Source of the DNA: a virus
Virus record (IMG/VR): IMGVR_UViG_3300047509_000270
Coordinates: 6,899-70,898 of that record
Direction: 5' to 3' (one strand)
DNA: 64,000 bases
Both the position numbers and the translations under genes were made by a program. The notes under the pieces are model-generated. The model was not told the origin of the DNA and did not search any database. It saw nothing but the letters and a program-made list of their open reading frames with translations. Positions 1 through 9,038 of the stretch are shown here, piece by piece (the first letter of the stretch is position 1; each line of letters begins with the position of its first letter).

Positions 1-504
1 ACCCTTGTCGACGTCGAAGAAGAACTGGCACTGGAAGCCGCCGGGGGTCGGGAAGGCGACCGCGATATTATCCTCGCCTTCGGTCCGCTCGACGACGAGC
101 GTCAGGTTGTATTCGTCCGATGCCGGGACGTGCCGGATCTGACAGCAGGCGTTCTCGACGCCGGTCGGCGCCGTCAGATGGAGCGAGCCGTCAGGGAGGA
201 GCTTCCAGGAGCCGATCAGGAAGTCCTTGTCCTCGATCTTCTTCAGGAGGTCGACGCTGTCGGTCTTCGACTTCTTGTCGAAGGATATCGACGCGCCGGT
301 CAGCGCGGAGGCCGGTTCGGTCTTCGCGAACCCCTCGACGTCGGCGCGCTTGACGACGACACGAGTGCCTTCCGGGGTCGTGACCGTGTAGGTCGCCCCG
401 GCATCCTCCAGGGACCGGAACTCGATCTTCCGGCCATCCTTCAGGAGGACCTCGTCGGCAAGGCAGGGGAGCGCGAGCAGGAGCGCGACGATCATGGTTC
501 TCAC
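1..504 (-). CDS. Secreted protein (partial, runs off the window start)
   Basis: Not in the ORF track; GTG at 504 after GGAGG; MRTMIVALLLALPCLA-DEVLLKDGRKIEF is a signal peptide followed by a D-x-V-x-LKDG motif; frame open to position 1. Confidence 0.7.
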   Translation of the reverse strand, partial: MRTMIVALLLALPCLADEVLLKDGRKIEFRSLEDAGATYTVTTPEGTRVVVKRADVEGFAKTEPASALTGASISFDKKSKTDSVDLLKKIEDKDFLIGSWKLLPDGSLHLTAPTGVENACCQIRHVPASDEYNLTLVVERTEGEDNIAVAFPTPGGFQCQFFFDVDKG

Positions 505-691
505 CGGACACCTCCAGACTTGTTCTTCCGTGGGATATTCCAGTACGGCGTCTTGCACTTACCGCAGCGACGAGGATCCTTCTGGGCGGAATGGAACGAC
601 CTCTCGCACCGCAAGCACCGGAACTCGTTCAGGATGATCTTCGTCATGCTCCACAGTGTACACCGCGGTGCATAAAAGTCAATATGGGAAA

Positions 692-1330
692 CTACTTATT
701 TTTACGATTTGTCCGGTACCAGGGGGCGTTCGGGATGTTCACGCCGAATGTCTTTGTACCCCACTTAGCGACGAGCTTTTCGTATTGCTGGCTCCACGGA
801 ACTGATTTCGGCGTACCCTCAGTTTGACTCCCCGGTAACGGGTCGAGCTCGTGGAAGCGTTCGTAGACACGACCGAGATCTGTCATCCGGATCGCGTACT
901 CGTCGTCCTCGCAGTACCCGCCACCGAACTGCTCATCGTAGAATCCAATCGTCTTCAGATTCGATGGGCGATGCACCTGGACGGAGAACTGCAGATCCGA
1001 CAGGAATAGATCGACGTCGGACTTCTGGACAACTAAACGCTTCGCGGACTCGAGGCGGTTCGCATCCCAGATGATGTCGTCCTGGAGTAGAACGAGAAGA
1101 TCGAACTGGCCGTCGACGAAGGCTCTCCGTAGGAAGAGATTCCAGGACCCGGCGACACCGAGATTCTTCGATGAACGTTCGATCGGAACATTGATGTCGA
1201 TCGACTGGTTCCGCCCATTATCGAGAATGAATGCGCGGTCCGGAGAGCGGATCCCCTCCAGAAACTTCTTATTCCGGATCAGCAGGTCCGCTCTCGAGAG
1301 TGTCGGGATCGCGACGAGCGCACGGATCAC
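692..1330 (-). CDS. Glycosyltransferase, GT-A fold (family 2-like)
   Basis: VAIPTL, ILDNG, NLGVAGSWN, LLQDD, GFYDEQF..GYCEDDEY motifs. Confidence 0.85.
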   Translation of the reverse strand: MIRALVAIPTLSRADLLIRNKKFLEGIRSPDRAFILDNGRNQSIDINVPIERSSKNLGVAGSWNLFLRRAFVDGQFDLLVLLQDDIIWDANRLESAKRLVVQKSDVDLFLSDLQFSVQVHRPSNLKTIGFYDEQFGGGYCEDDEYAIRMTDLGRVYERFHELDPLPGSQTEGTPKSVPWSQQYEKLVAKWGTKTFGVNIPNAPWYRTNRKNK

Positions 1331-2109
1331 TTGGAATACCTCCTTAGGAATTCCAGGAATCGTCCTTCCGTATATGCCGTAAACAGCATGTGACTTGTCT
1401 CTGGAAAGTCACCCCCGAATGACCAGTGATCCTTCTTAAGAAAATGCGCGATCCTGGTCGACTCATTGTAGCAGAGGAATTGCGGTTTCCGTTCGAACCA
1501 GCCGACGATGTTCATCGACGAGTGGCACGTCACCATGGCTGTCGACCTCTGGAGGGCGACGACCGACCCTGGAACCGTAAGCTGGTCGATCAGATTGATG
1601 ACGCCTGTCGCGGCGAAAGACACTTCCCTCCTGGGGAACTCTTTGCCATAGCTGCGTCCTATCATTACTACTGGGATCCCAATCCGAGCGGCGACTGAGA
1701 CGACCGATCGGCAGATAGTTTCTGGGAAGCTCCGCGGATCGGAGCTTGCGGAGAATGACGCCAGTATGAACCGTCTCGGCAGGCTGTCGAGAACTTTGAT
1801 ATCCCCTGAAGATGGGTAGTAGTTCAATGGGGTCGGGAGACGGTCAACGCGGTCCGGAACCTTCACCGGGAGGCCGACCTTCGCCCTGGCTCCAGCCTCC
1901 AGGAACTCGACGCTCCATGGTCGAATGATATTCATTCCGATCCGCGGTAGAGCGGGATGCTGATTGAAGAGCTCGTGGACATGCGGGTTGTGCGAATTAA
2001 TGTGGATCCGGATGTTTCCGACCTCTCTGGACAGGAGATCGTAGGCGTCGGTCTTATGGAGGTGTAGGAAACAGTCTCCGAGACCTCCATGCATTTCGAT
2101 TTCGATCAC
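1327..2109 (-). CDS. Glycosyltransferase, GT9 (heptosyltransferase)-like
   Basis: N-terminal GGLGD; INLIDQLT...VTCHSSMNI resembles the GT9 C-terminal motif; translationally coupled to neighbours. Confidence 0.65.
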   Translation of the reverse strand: MIEIEMHGGLGDCFLHLHKTDAYDLLSREVGNIRIHINSHNPHVHELFNQHPALPRIGMNIIRPWSVEFLEAGARAKVGLPVKVPDRVDRLPTPLNYYPSSGDIKVLDSLPRRFILASFSASSDPRSFPETICRSVVSVAARIGIPVVMIGRSYGKEFPRREVSFAATGVINLIDQLTVPGSVVALQRSTAMVTCHSSMNIVGWFERKPQFLCYNESTRIAHFLKKDHWSFGGDFPETSHMLFTAYTEGRFLEFLRRYSK

Positions 2110-3842
2110 GGTTGCACCTCCAGAAGTCGGCTCGTTGCAGATGTCGCGGCAATATCCCAGGTAAGCTCTCTTCGAATCCGATCGTAGAAATTGTCGGCCT
2201 GCCGACGGACGAACTTGTCGCCGCTACGAACAGTCTCCAGCATGTCGGCAAGGACGCGGATCGATCGCTTCCCGAACCTCGAGAAGAGCATCCCCTTGTA
2301 CCAGTCCGAGATCCAGTCGCCCTCCGGATAGACCTTCTCACCGTCCGGCTTGAACATCAGAGATTCGTAGAAGACCTCCGTGTGGGCCGTGTTGTTCGGG
2401 ACGACGACCGGAGTACCACAGGCACCGGCCTCTAGGGCTGGCAGGTTGAAGCCCTCGCCCCGCGAGGCCGACACGTAGGCGCCGACCGACGAGTAGATCC
2501 TGGCGAGCTCGTACTCGTCGAAGGAGCCCTCCAGCGTCCAGATCGGCACTTTGTAGCGGGCGAACTGTCTGTAAATCTTCTCCTTCCAGGCGGTCGGCGC
2601 GTGCGTCAGGCCAATTACGACCGAGACTTTCTTGCCGCCCGCGAACGCCAGCTCCGCGGCGTCGGCGAGCACGTCCCAGCCTTTCCGAAACCCAGGCAAG
2701 CCGATTGTCAGGAACGTGAAACCGTCCGGGACGCCGCGCAGGCCGCGTCTCGACGTCGAGATCAGGCGGCACTCCGGCAGCGGCTCCGGCTTTCGACGCG
2801 TGTAGACGAGAGGGTCGACGCCGAGACGCATGACGCGCATCGGCAACCGGACGCCGGAGTCCCGGAAGACCTCGATGTTCCAAGCGGTCGGCGTCCAGAG
2901 CTCGTCGAAGTTCTCGTTCGCTCGCTTCGCCATGTCCGGATGGACTCGGTGCGAGGACTCCTGCATCGTCCAGACGATCCGGTGGCGTTTCCCGGTCGTG
3001 ATATGGTCCGGGCCCATCACGCGCAGGAGCGGCGCATTCGGACCGGCCAGGACGTGCTTGTGGACGTCGAGACGCGACCGGAGGTCCTCCGAGACGTAGC
3101 AGGGCTCCTTGTGCGTATCGTCGAGCCGGACCGATAGGGTGTTCGCGACCCTAAACAGGACCTCGCGGTTCATCTTTCCGTAGCCGGTGTACTGGTACAG
3201 GTGGCCGACCCAGACGACCTCTGGTCCGCGCTTCTTCGCGACAGGCGGCTTCGGCCGACTCTCTGTAGACAGGTCGGAGATCTTCGGCTCGACGGATGAC
3301 TTGACCAGCGCGATCTTCTCTCCGAACGAGACGGCCGGGACTGCCACGATCGATCCGAAGACCGGCCGCATCGCGCTCTCGATCCAGCGCCAGTCGGGAC
3401 CGAGGAACGCGAAGGCGACTTCCTTTGTCTCCGCCAGGGCGACGCAGAAGTTCACGGACTCGCGCCCAGGGTACGCGTCGTTCCGATGCAGCCAGCGATC
3501 GACGAGACGCCGGGCGCCCGGAGTCGGTCGGATCAGAACGGCGTCGAGCGAGACGTTCCCGATCCCATCGAACTGCTTGGGCTTCGCCGGGATCGAGCCG
3601 ATCCGATCGACGCAGGCTGCGACGTCGAAGTCTCTCGCCTTCAGTCGATCGTAGACCGGTGCCGTCGCGACCCGGCCACCAGGGGCGACGTACAGGAAGC
3701 AGTCGTGCTCGTCCGGGAAGTGCTTCATGGCGTCAGCGAGTGCGGCGGCCGGTGACGGTCCGGCAACCACCGCGCGCCACGTCACGCCCTTCGCGCGGTA
3801 CGGCAGCGGCGGCGGGGCGCCTTTGAATGTAACGATGATCAT
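2106..3842 (-). CDS. Two-domain glycosyltransferase (GT-A-like N-terminus, GT4 C-terminus)
   Basis: YTGYG, RKGWDVL and SRGEGFNLPALEAGACGTPVV (GT4 E-x7-E signature). Confidence 0.85.
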   Translation of the reverse strand: MIIVTFKGAPPPLPYRAKGVTWRAVVAGPSPAAALADAMKHFPDEHDCFLYVAPGGRVATAPVYDRLKARDFDVAACVDRIGSIPAKPKQFDGIGNVSLDAVLIRPTPGARRLVDRWLHRNDAYPGRESVNFCVALAETKEVAFAFLGPDWRWIESAMRPVFGSIVAVPAVSFGEKIALVKSSVEPKISDLSTESRPKPPVAKKRGPEVVWVGHLYQYTGYGKMNREVLFRVANTLSVRLDDTHKEPCYVSEDLRSRLDVHKHVLAGPNAPLLRVMGPDHITTGKRHRIVWTMQESSHRVHPDMAKRANENFDELWTPTAWNIEVFRDSGVRLPMRVMRLGVDPLVYTRRKPEPLPECRLISTSRRGLRGVPDGFTFLTIGLPGFRKGWDVLADAAELAFAGGKKVSVVIGLTHAPTAWKEKIYRQFARYKVPIWTLEGSFDEYELARIYSSVGAYVSASRGEGFNLPALEAGACGTPVVVPNNTAHTEVFYESLMFKPDGEKVYPEGDWISDWYKGMLFSRFGKRSIRVLADMLETVRSGDKFVRRQADNFYDRIRRELTWDIAATSATSRLLEVQP

Positions 3843-4321
3843 CGGCGTGCTTTCTTCTTAGGTGCCTTCGACTTGTGTTTCCCGTTCCCGTTCAGTGGGA
3901 CGTCGACGATCGGGATCGTGTCGTAGATCGGCCCCGGACGGATGGCCAGCGGTTTCGGCGTCTTCGGGAGAGGCTCTCGGAGCTCTTTGGCTCCGGGACA
4001 CTTCCCCTCGTGGGCGATCCCGCAGGTCTTGCCGTTCCAGCCGTACGCCTGACAGCGGTGCTTCAGGCAGATCGGGCACATGCCGATGCAGGGATCTCCG
4101 CATTCGACGCAGACGGGCGGCCTCGACGGGACACAGGTGTCCGCGGCGGGAGGCAGCGGCGCGACTGGCTTCTGAATAACGCTGCTGACGACCTGAAGAT
4201 GCGGAATAATCGGTCTCGCATTCTTGACGCAGGCCTCGTGCGCCAGCTCCTCGCGTGCATTCGAGACCATCGGAGCGCCGGGCAGAATCTCGAGGTCGCA
4301 GATCTTGCACTGGAAAGGCAT
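3839..4321 (-). CDS. Cys-rich zinc-finger protein with a basic C-terminus
   Basis: Start reassigned to ATG 4321 (GGAG upstream); CKIC, CVEC, CPIC motifs. Confidence 0.65.
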   Translation of the reverse strand: MPFQCKICDLEILPGAPMVSNAREELAHEACVKNARPIIPHLQVVSSVIQKPVAPLPPAADTCVPSRPPVCVECGDPCIGMCPICLKHRCQAYGWNGKTCGIAHEGKCPGAKELREPLPKTPKPLAIRPGPIYDTIPIVDVPLNGNGKHKSKAPKKKARR

Positions 4322-4329
4322 ATAGCTCC

Positions 4330-4617
4330 TCAGTTGTAAATCGACGAGACCGCTAGCAGGTGCGCAACGACGACGGCGAGATCGTCGACCTCGTCGGTGT
4401 CCGGACACCGTTCGCCGAACTCGAGAATAATGTGAGCCAGCTTCGCCGAGACCGGGAAGTCCGGCTTGCCGAACGAATCGAGCGGCCAGCCGGTCAGCTT
4501 GCCGTTCTTCGTCAGGTCGAAGAGCATCCAGGCGCAGAGGAAGCACTTCCCCTTCCGCTCCTCGAGCAGACGCAAGAACCCAGGAGATGACTCTATTTTC
4601 CGAAGGACTTCGCCCAT
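4330..4617 (-). CDS. Hypothetical protein
   Basis: ORF packed in the operon. Confidence 0.5.
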   Translation of the reverse strand: MGEVLRKIESSPGFLRLLEERKGKCFLCAWMLFDLTKNGKLTGWPLDSFGKPDFPVSAKLAHIILEFGERCPDTDEVDDLAVVVAHLLAVSSIYN

Positions 4618-4859
4618 TTCTCCCTCGCTTCCGCTTCGCGTGCGATGATCGTCTCTTTGAGACGACTTACCTCTTCAAGCTCCCTTCCAGTCGCGTCGCC
4701 TTCGGCCGCCCTCTTGACGAGTTTCGAGTAGCGTGCGCGGATCCGGTCGAGCTCGGTCCAGCCTCGCTGACGTTTCCGTTTCGGAAGCAGCGGCCCGAAC
4801 ATGTCGCACGGCGTCCCTTCACTCACGTCGAATCTCCCCGTGTATACGTCATCCTTCAT
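4593..4859 (-). CDS. Hypothetical protein
   Basis: ORF overlapping its neighbours in the operon. Confidence 0.5.
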   Translation of the reverse strand: MKDDVYTGRFDVSEGTPCDMFGPLLPKRKRQRGWTELDRIRARYSKLVKRAAEGDATGRELEEVSRLKETIIAREAEAREKWAKSFGK

Positions 4860-5091
4860 CGCGGTCGATCCCGTACCGATCGGCCATCTTGTGGAGCGTC
4901 TCGATCTGACCCTGCGTCAGCGGCGTCCGCTTGTCACGTAGACGGACGATTACGGATTCGAGGAAGTCCGCCTCCCAGGAGGTCACGTCCCGGTCCATCC
5001 GGTCGAGTTCGATCGCGAGATCCAAGTGTTTCTGGAGCGCGTCCGTGAAGGCACGCTCGATGTCCTCGAACGGGTTCTTCTCACTTGGCAC
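4849..5091 (-). CDS. Hypothetical protein
   Basis: GTG 5091 after GGAGG; TSWEADFLES...LTQGQ small helical phage-type protein. Confidence 0.6.
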   Translation of the reverse strand: MPSEKNPFEDIERAFTDALQKHLDLAIELDRMDRDVTSWEADFLESVIVRLRDKRTPLTQGQIETLHKMADRYGIDRDEG

Positions 5092-5569
5092 CGAAGACCT
5101 CCTGCAGCTTGATGACAGCGTCGACCGCGACAGCCTGGACGGCGTCATCATCGATCTCAGCGAGGTCGATCACGGTCTGGAAGTCGGTCCCCTTCGGACC
5201 GATCCGGAGCGGCACGCGGTCGCCGGGCCGGGCGATCCGGATCGTCAGGCCGGTCGCCTCGATCATCTTTCGGCTCATCAGCTCAAAGACGAGGTACCCC
5301 TCGCTCCCGGACAGGACGTGCGGAGCGTTCCAGGGAAGCGCGTAAGGCGGTCCACCGCAGAGATCGCGAACAAGACCGAGCCATTTCTGCTTCGCGATGC
5401 AGAAGTCGCTGGGCGCTTCGCACGGGCAGATCCCGGACCATTCAGACCGGCAGCGCGTTCCTTCGCGCCAGAGGCGCCCTAGGACCTCGCTACCCTTAAT
5501 CAGGCGCGGCACGATCATCGCCCGCTTCCTGGCGGCAATCGTCTCCTGGATCGAAGCCGAGTCAGCCAT
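5081..5569 (-). CDS. Hypothetical protein
   Basis: 162-aa ORF downstream of the iteron region. Confidence 0.6.
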   Translation of the reverse strand: MADSASIQETIAARKRAMIVPRLIKGSEVLGRLWREGTRCRSEWSGICPCEAPSDFCIAKQKWLGLVRDLCGGPPYALPWNAPHVLSGSEGYLVFELMSRKMIEATGLTIRIARPGDRVPLRIGPKGTDFQTVIDLAEIDDDAVQAVAVDAVIKLQEVFGAK

Positions 5570-5587
5570 TCAGCACCACCAATCGAG

Positions 5588-5854
5588 TTAGGACAGTTGT
5601 CGAACAGAAACGCTTAAATTCGCTCAAATTTCACGTTTTTAGGACAGTTTGACAGTTTTTCCATTCAACGCCCTTCGCGCGCGCACGCGCGCGCGGGACT
5701 GTGTCATAGAAGAAAACTGTCCTAACTGTCCTAAAACTGCATTTTTGAGAGAATTTTCAACTTTTCGTCTCACAACTGTCCTAACGACCTCAAAATAACG
5801 CATATTTTCGCTATGAATTAGGACAGTTGCGACCGAACTGTCCTCAACTGTCCT
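5588..5854. repeat. Iteron cluster, putative replication origin
   Basis: Eight exact AGGACAGTT copies (+: 5590, 5641, 5820; -: 5715, 5724, 5774, 5836, 5846) in AT-rich DNA, with a (CG)n tract at 5676-5695, directly downstream of the primase-helicase. Confidence 0.8.
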
Positions 5855-5865
5855 TCGTGTCGTCA

Positions 5866-8151
5866 TCAGAACTGATTCTTCCGATCCGCCTGGGCGTGTT
5901 CCTTCGAGATCCCGATCCCAAGCCGCCATTTCTGACCGCTGGACTTCTCGACTTTATAGCCGAGATCGGTCAGCCTTCGACCGAACGCCGTTCCGGACAT
6001 CGAGTCTTCGTTGCCGATCTCCCGCCGATGCCACTCCACGAACGTCTCGTAGAGGTCGTTCGCCCTGCATTTCGCTCCGTCCAGCAGCACGCAGCAGTCT
6101 GAGAAGAACATTCCGACGACGTCGGCGTTATTCCGGTACTCGGCCGTCGCAGAGAGGACCTCGGTAGGGTCTCCGAGGCCGCCCTCGCGCCAGTGTTTCG
6201 CGCCTTCAACGGCCCAGGCGAGGATCCCCTCTCGCTCGCCCATCAGCTTGTCCATCAGCGTGTAGTCGATCCGGTCTGGACCGATGACGACCGAGAACGG
6301 GATCAGGCGGACTCGGCGCCAGATGCCGAAGTCCGTCCCCTTGATCTCCGGCTTGTTGTTCGTCGCCATGAAGATCTTCCAGGTCGGCTTGAGCGTCCAG
6401 AAATCCTCTCGCATCCGGCGGACCTTCAGCTCGTCCCCGCCGGTCAGCTGCTTGACGAAGTTCTCGGCAAGACGCCGTCCATCCTCGACCTCGATCGTCG
6501 TGACGAACCGCTTTCCGGCAAGATCGGCACGCTCCGTCGGATGCGGTGCGTGAGCTCTGGTCATGATCAGATCCGGAGCGGTCTCCGCGGAGTAGTCCGG
6601 GCCGATGACGTTTCGAAGTGCGCCGAGGAAAGTCGACTTCCCGTTCGCGCCTTTTCCGTACGCGATCGGAAGAATGTGCTCGCGGACGACGCCGGTCAGT
6701 GAATAACCGGCGAGTCTCTGAAGGTACGAGACGAGCGATTCGTTCCCGTCCATAATTTCGAGTAGGAACTTCCTCCAGCGATCCGCTTTCGCGGACGGGT
6801 CGTATGCCGTTGGGCAGATCTTCGTCAGAAGACTCTCGCGTCTGTGTTCCGAGAAAGTCCCGTCACGGAGATTCAGTATTCCGTTCATGCAGTTGAGCGT
6901 CCACGGGTCGACGTCGAACTGCTCCGGCTCGACGGCGCGCATGTGCTGGGCGACGCGTAGAGTCGCGGAGATCCTCTCCGACTTCTGCCGCCTCTCTCCG
7001 GCGTTGACGGCGATCTCGACCGAGCGGCCGAACGACGCTCCGACTCGGTCCTGGACCCAGCGTCGACCGTCCCAGATCATCCACTTCCTCCAGGGCTCGC
7101 AGTAGGTGAAGTCCTTCCCGAAGTGCGAGATGAACATGTTTGCCGCGTCGACGTCTGTGACGGTTTCCGTCTCTTCGGTCTTTTTCCGTCCCGTCTTCTG
7201 TCCGAAGCCTTGTTCGAGGAGATCTTTCGCGGACTTCTTGAAGTCGCCGCCGTACTTCAGGAATGTCAGCGCTGCCCATTTCGAGTAGGTCGCGTCCGGC
7301 TCGAACGGCGCCGCATTCGAACTGAAGACGTGGAGATTGTCTCCACAGAAGCCGACGGAAGCGCTGTGCCCCTCGTCGGTCTTTCCTGGACGGCGCCAGT
7401 ATACGATCGGCCCGTCGATCTTCGCCTTCCGCCAGCCGTACGGTTCTAGGACTTCGTCCCAGGTCGCCCGTGCGTTGAAGTCGTCGCCGGGGGCTGCTTC
7501 GCCGGTCTTGTCGGGATTCCCTTTCTCCCCAGGCCCGATGATCTTCTTCGGTGCCCTGTTGAACGACCTCGCCGTTTCTAGGAGGATTTTCCGCTCTTCT
7601 TCGGTGATCGTCGGAATCTCCGTCAGCAGCGGCCCGTCGGCGTGGACGTACGCTTTCTTTAGCGGATGGCATTCTGGATGACTCGGTGGCGCAAGAACGT
7701 AGCCGCCTTCGCCGCGCGTCTCGATCAGGACGTGTTTATCTTCAGCGACGGCGAGTTTCTGGTTGTGCTCGACGGCCGGAGCTCTGTAGTAGAAGTGCGC
7801 GCCGCCTTTCGGCGTTAGAATTCTAGGGAGTCTCTCGACGAGACCTGCGCGTATTTCAGTGACAGCTTTTATCCAGGGGTCGATCAGGGCCGGGTCATCG
7901 AAGTCGATGATCTCGAGATTGCCGCTGATCAGGCCGCCGATGATAGCGAGGCCGATCGGCTTCTCGGTTGAGAACCATTTATGGATCTCAAAGTCGATCG
8001 CCCGGCGTTTCTCGTACGCTTTCCAGGAGACCGCGGGCGCCTTCGAGCCGTCCGCACGAACCGGAATCACGGACAGACCAGAAGCGATGTATGCCCGTGC
8101 TGCCGCGAGGATGTACTCCGGAGAAGCCGTCCCCGGTGCCGTGTCCGCCAT
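5866..8151 (-). CDS. Bifunctional primase-polymerase fused to a D5/P4-type SF3 helicase
   Basis: Prim-pol N-terminus (IIDFDD, TPKGGAHFY, ETRGEGGYVLAPPS); D5_N-like region; Walker A GKGANGKST; KQLTGGD; ATNNKP; GIWRR. Confidence 0.93.
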   Translation of the reverse strand: MADTAPGTASPEYILAAARAYIASGLSVIPVRADGSKAPAVSWKAYEKRRAIDFEIHKWFSTEKPIGLAIIGGLISGNLEIIDFDDPALIDPWIKAVTEIRAGLVERLPRILTPKGGAHFYYRAPAVEHNQKLAVAEDKHVLIETRGEGGYVLAPPSHPECHPLKKAYVHADGPLLTEIPTITEEERKILLETARSFNRAPKKIIGPGEKGNPDKTGEAAPGDDFNARATWDEVLEPYGWRKAKIDGPIVYWRRPGKTDEGHSASVGFCGDNLHVFSSNAAPFEPDATYSKWAALTFLKYGGDFKKSAKDLLEQGFGQKTGRKKTEETETVTDVDAANMFISHFGKDFTYCEPWRKWMIWDGRRWVQDRVGASFGRSVEIAVNAGERRQKSERISATLRVAQHMRAVEPEQFDVDPWTLNCMNGILNLRDGTFSEHRRESLLTKICPTAYDPSAKADRWRKFLLEIMDGNESLVSYLQRLAGYSLTGVVREHILPIAYGKGANGKSTFLGALRNVIGPDYSAETAPDLIMTRAHAPHPTERADLAGKRFVTTIEVEDGRRLAENFVKQLTGGDELKVRRMREDFWTLKPTWKIFMATNNKPEIKGTDFGIWRRVRLIPFSVVIGPDRIDYTLMDKLMGEREGILAWAVEGAKHWREGGLGDPTEVLSATAEYRNNADVVGMFFSDCCVLLDGAKCRANDLYETFVEWHRREIGNEDSMSGTAFGRRLTDLGYKVEKSSGQKWRLGIGISKEHAQADRKNQF

Positions 8152-8306
8152 TGGACCCCTCTCGTCTCTCCTCTGACCGTCCCGAGCCCCGCACCCTTAC
8201 TGCCTAATGGTTCTCCCTATCGCGTCGCTGGGAGCCTGATGGATGGAGGAGCTCCCAGCGACGCAGAGAGAGAAGGAGGGATTGCTCCCTCCGTCGTAGC
8301 CCGGCG

Positions 8307-8945
8307 TCAGAAGTCGGACGAGCCGCCCTTCGCGCTCGCGGTCTTCGCGGCGCCGCCGGTCGGCTTCGCGGTAGCGGCCTTTTCGGTCTTCTTCGGATCG
8401 GCTTTCTTTTCGTCGACCTTCTTGTCGTCGGTCTTCTTGTCCTCGACCTCCGGCTGCCAGGGGTTGATAAAGGCGATCCGGCTGCTGACGCGACCGTTGT
8501 AGGTCTCGTCGCGGACGACACCTTCGAAGGTGCATCCGGCCCACTGGTGGTTCGCCATGACCTCGCTGACTTTCTCATCGGGGAGGAAGTCGCGGGCGAT
8601 GATCGTCGAGAGGTCGCGCTTGATGAACGGCAGGTTCTTCACGGTTCCGTAGAAGACGTGTTCGAGGACCTGTCCCTTGGTGATGTGAGGCTCGCCCGTC
8701 TTCGGATTCGGAACGGACTCCGGCTCCAGGATCTCGCAGAAGATCTTGAATCCCTTCGTGCCGGAGTTCGCAACGAAGAAGTCGTGGTCGGCGACGACAG
8801 TCTCGTCGCCCTTCTTGATCTCGGCCGTCGTACAGACGAACTTGTAGGTCGCCTCCGGAACGCGTCCCGGCGTCGAGTTCACAGCCTTCTCCGTCTTCTG
8901 GAACTCCTCGTCGAAGTCGCTGAACGGATTCGTCGGATTACCCAT
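8307..8945 (-). CDS. Putative ssDNA-binding protein (DUF669-like)
   Basis: VPEATY, ETYNGR..SRI; charged flexible tail ending DF; lies next to a Sak4-like ATPase. Confidence 0.6.
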   Translation of the reverse strand: MGNPTNPFSDFDEEFQKTEKAVNSTPGRVPEATYKFVCTTAEIKKGDETVVADHDFFVANSGTKGFKIFCEILEPESVPNPKTGEPHITKGQVLEHVFYGTVKNLPFIKRDLSTIIARDFLPDEKVSEVMANHQWAGCTFEGVVRDETYNGRVSSRIAFINPWQPEVEDKKTDDKKVDEKKADPKKTEKAATAKPTGGAAKTASAKGGSSDF

Positions 8946-9038
8946 AGTGCTATGCTTCCTTTCTTCTCTTTCTCTGTTCTTCCGATCAAAATCAACCACA
9001 GCTTTATTTCCTCTCGTCCAGAGCCAGTGTCGGAGCTG

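Noticed and set aside
5639-5929. 96-aa ORF over the iteron region
   Set aside because: Overlaps the repeat cluster and the helicase end; better explained as a non-coding origin
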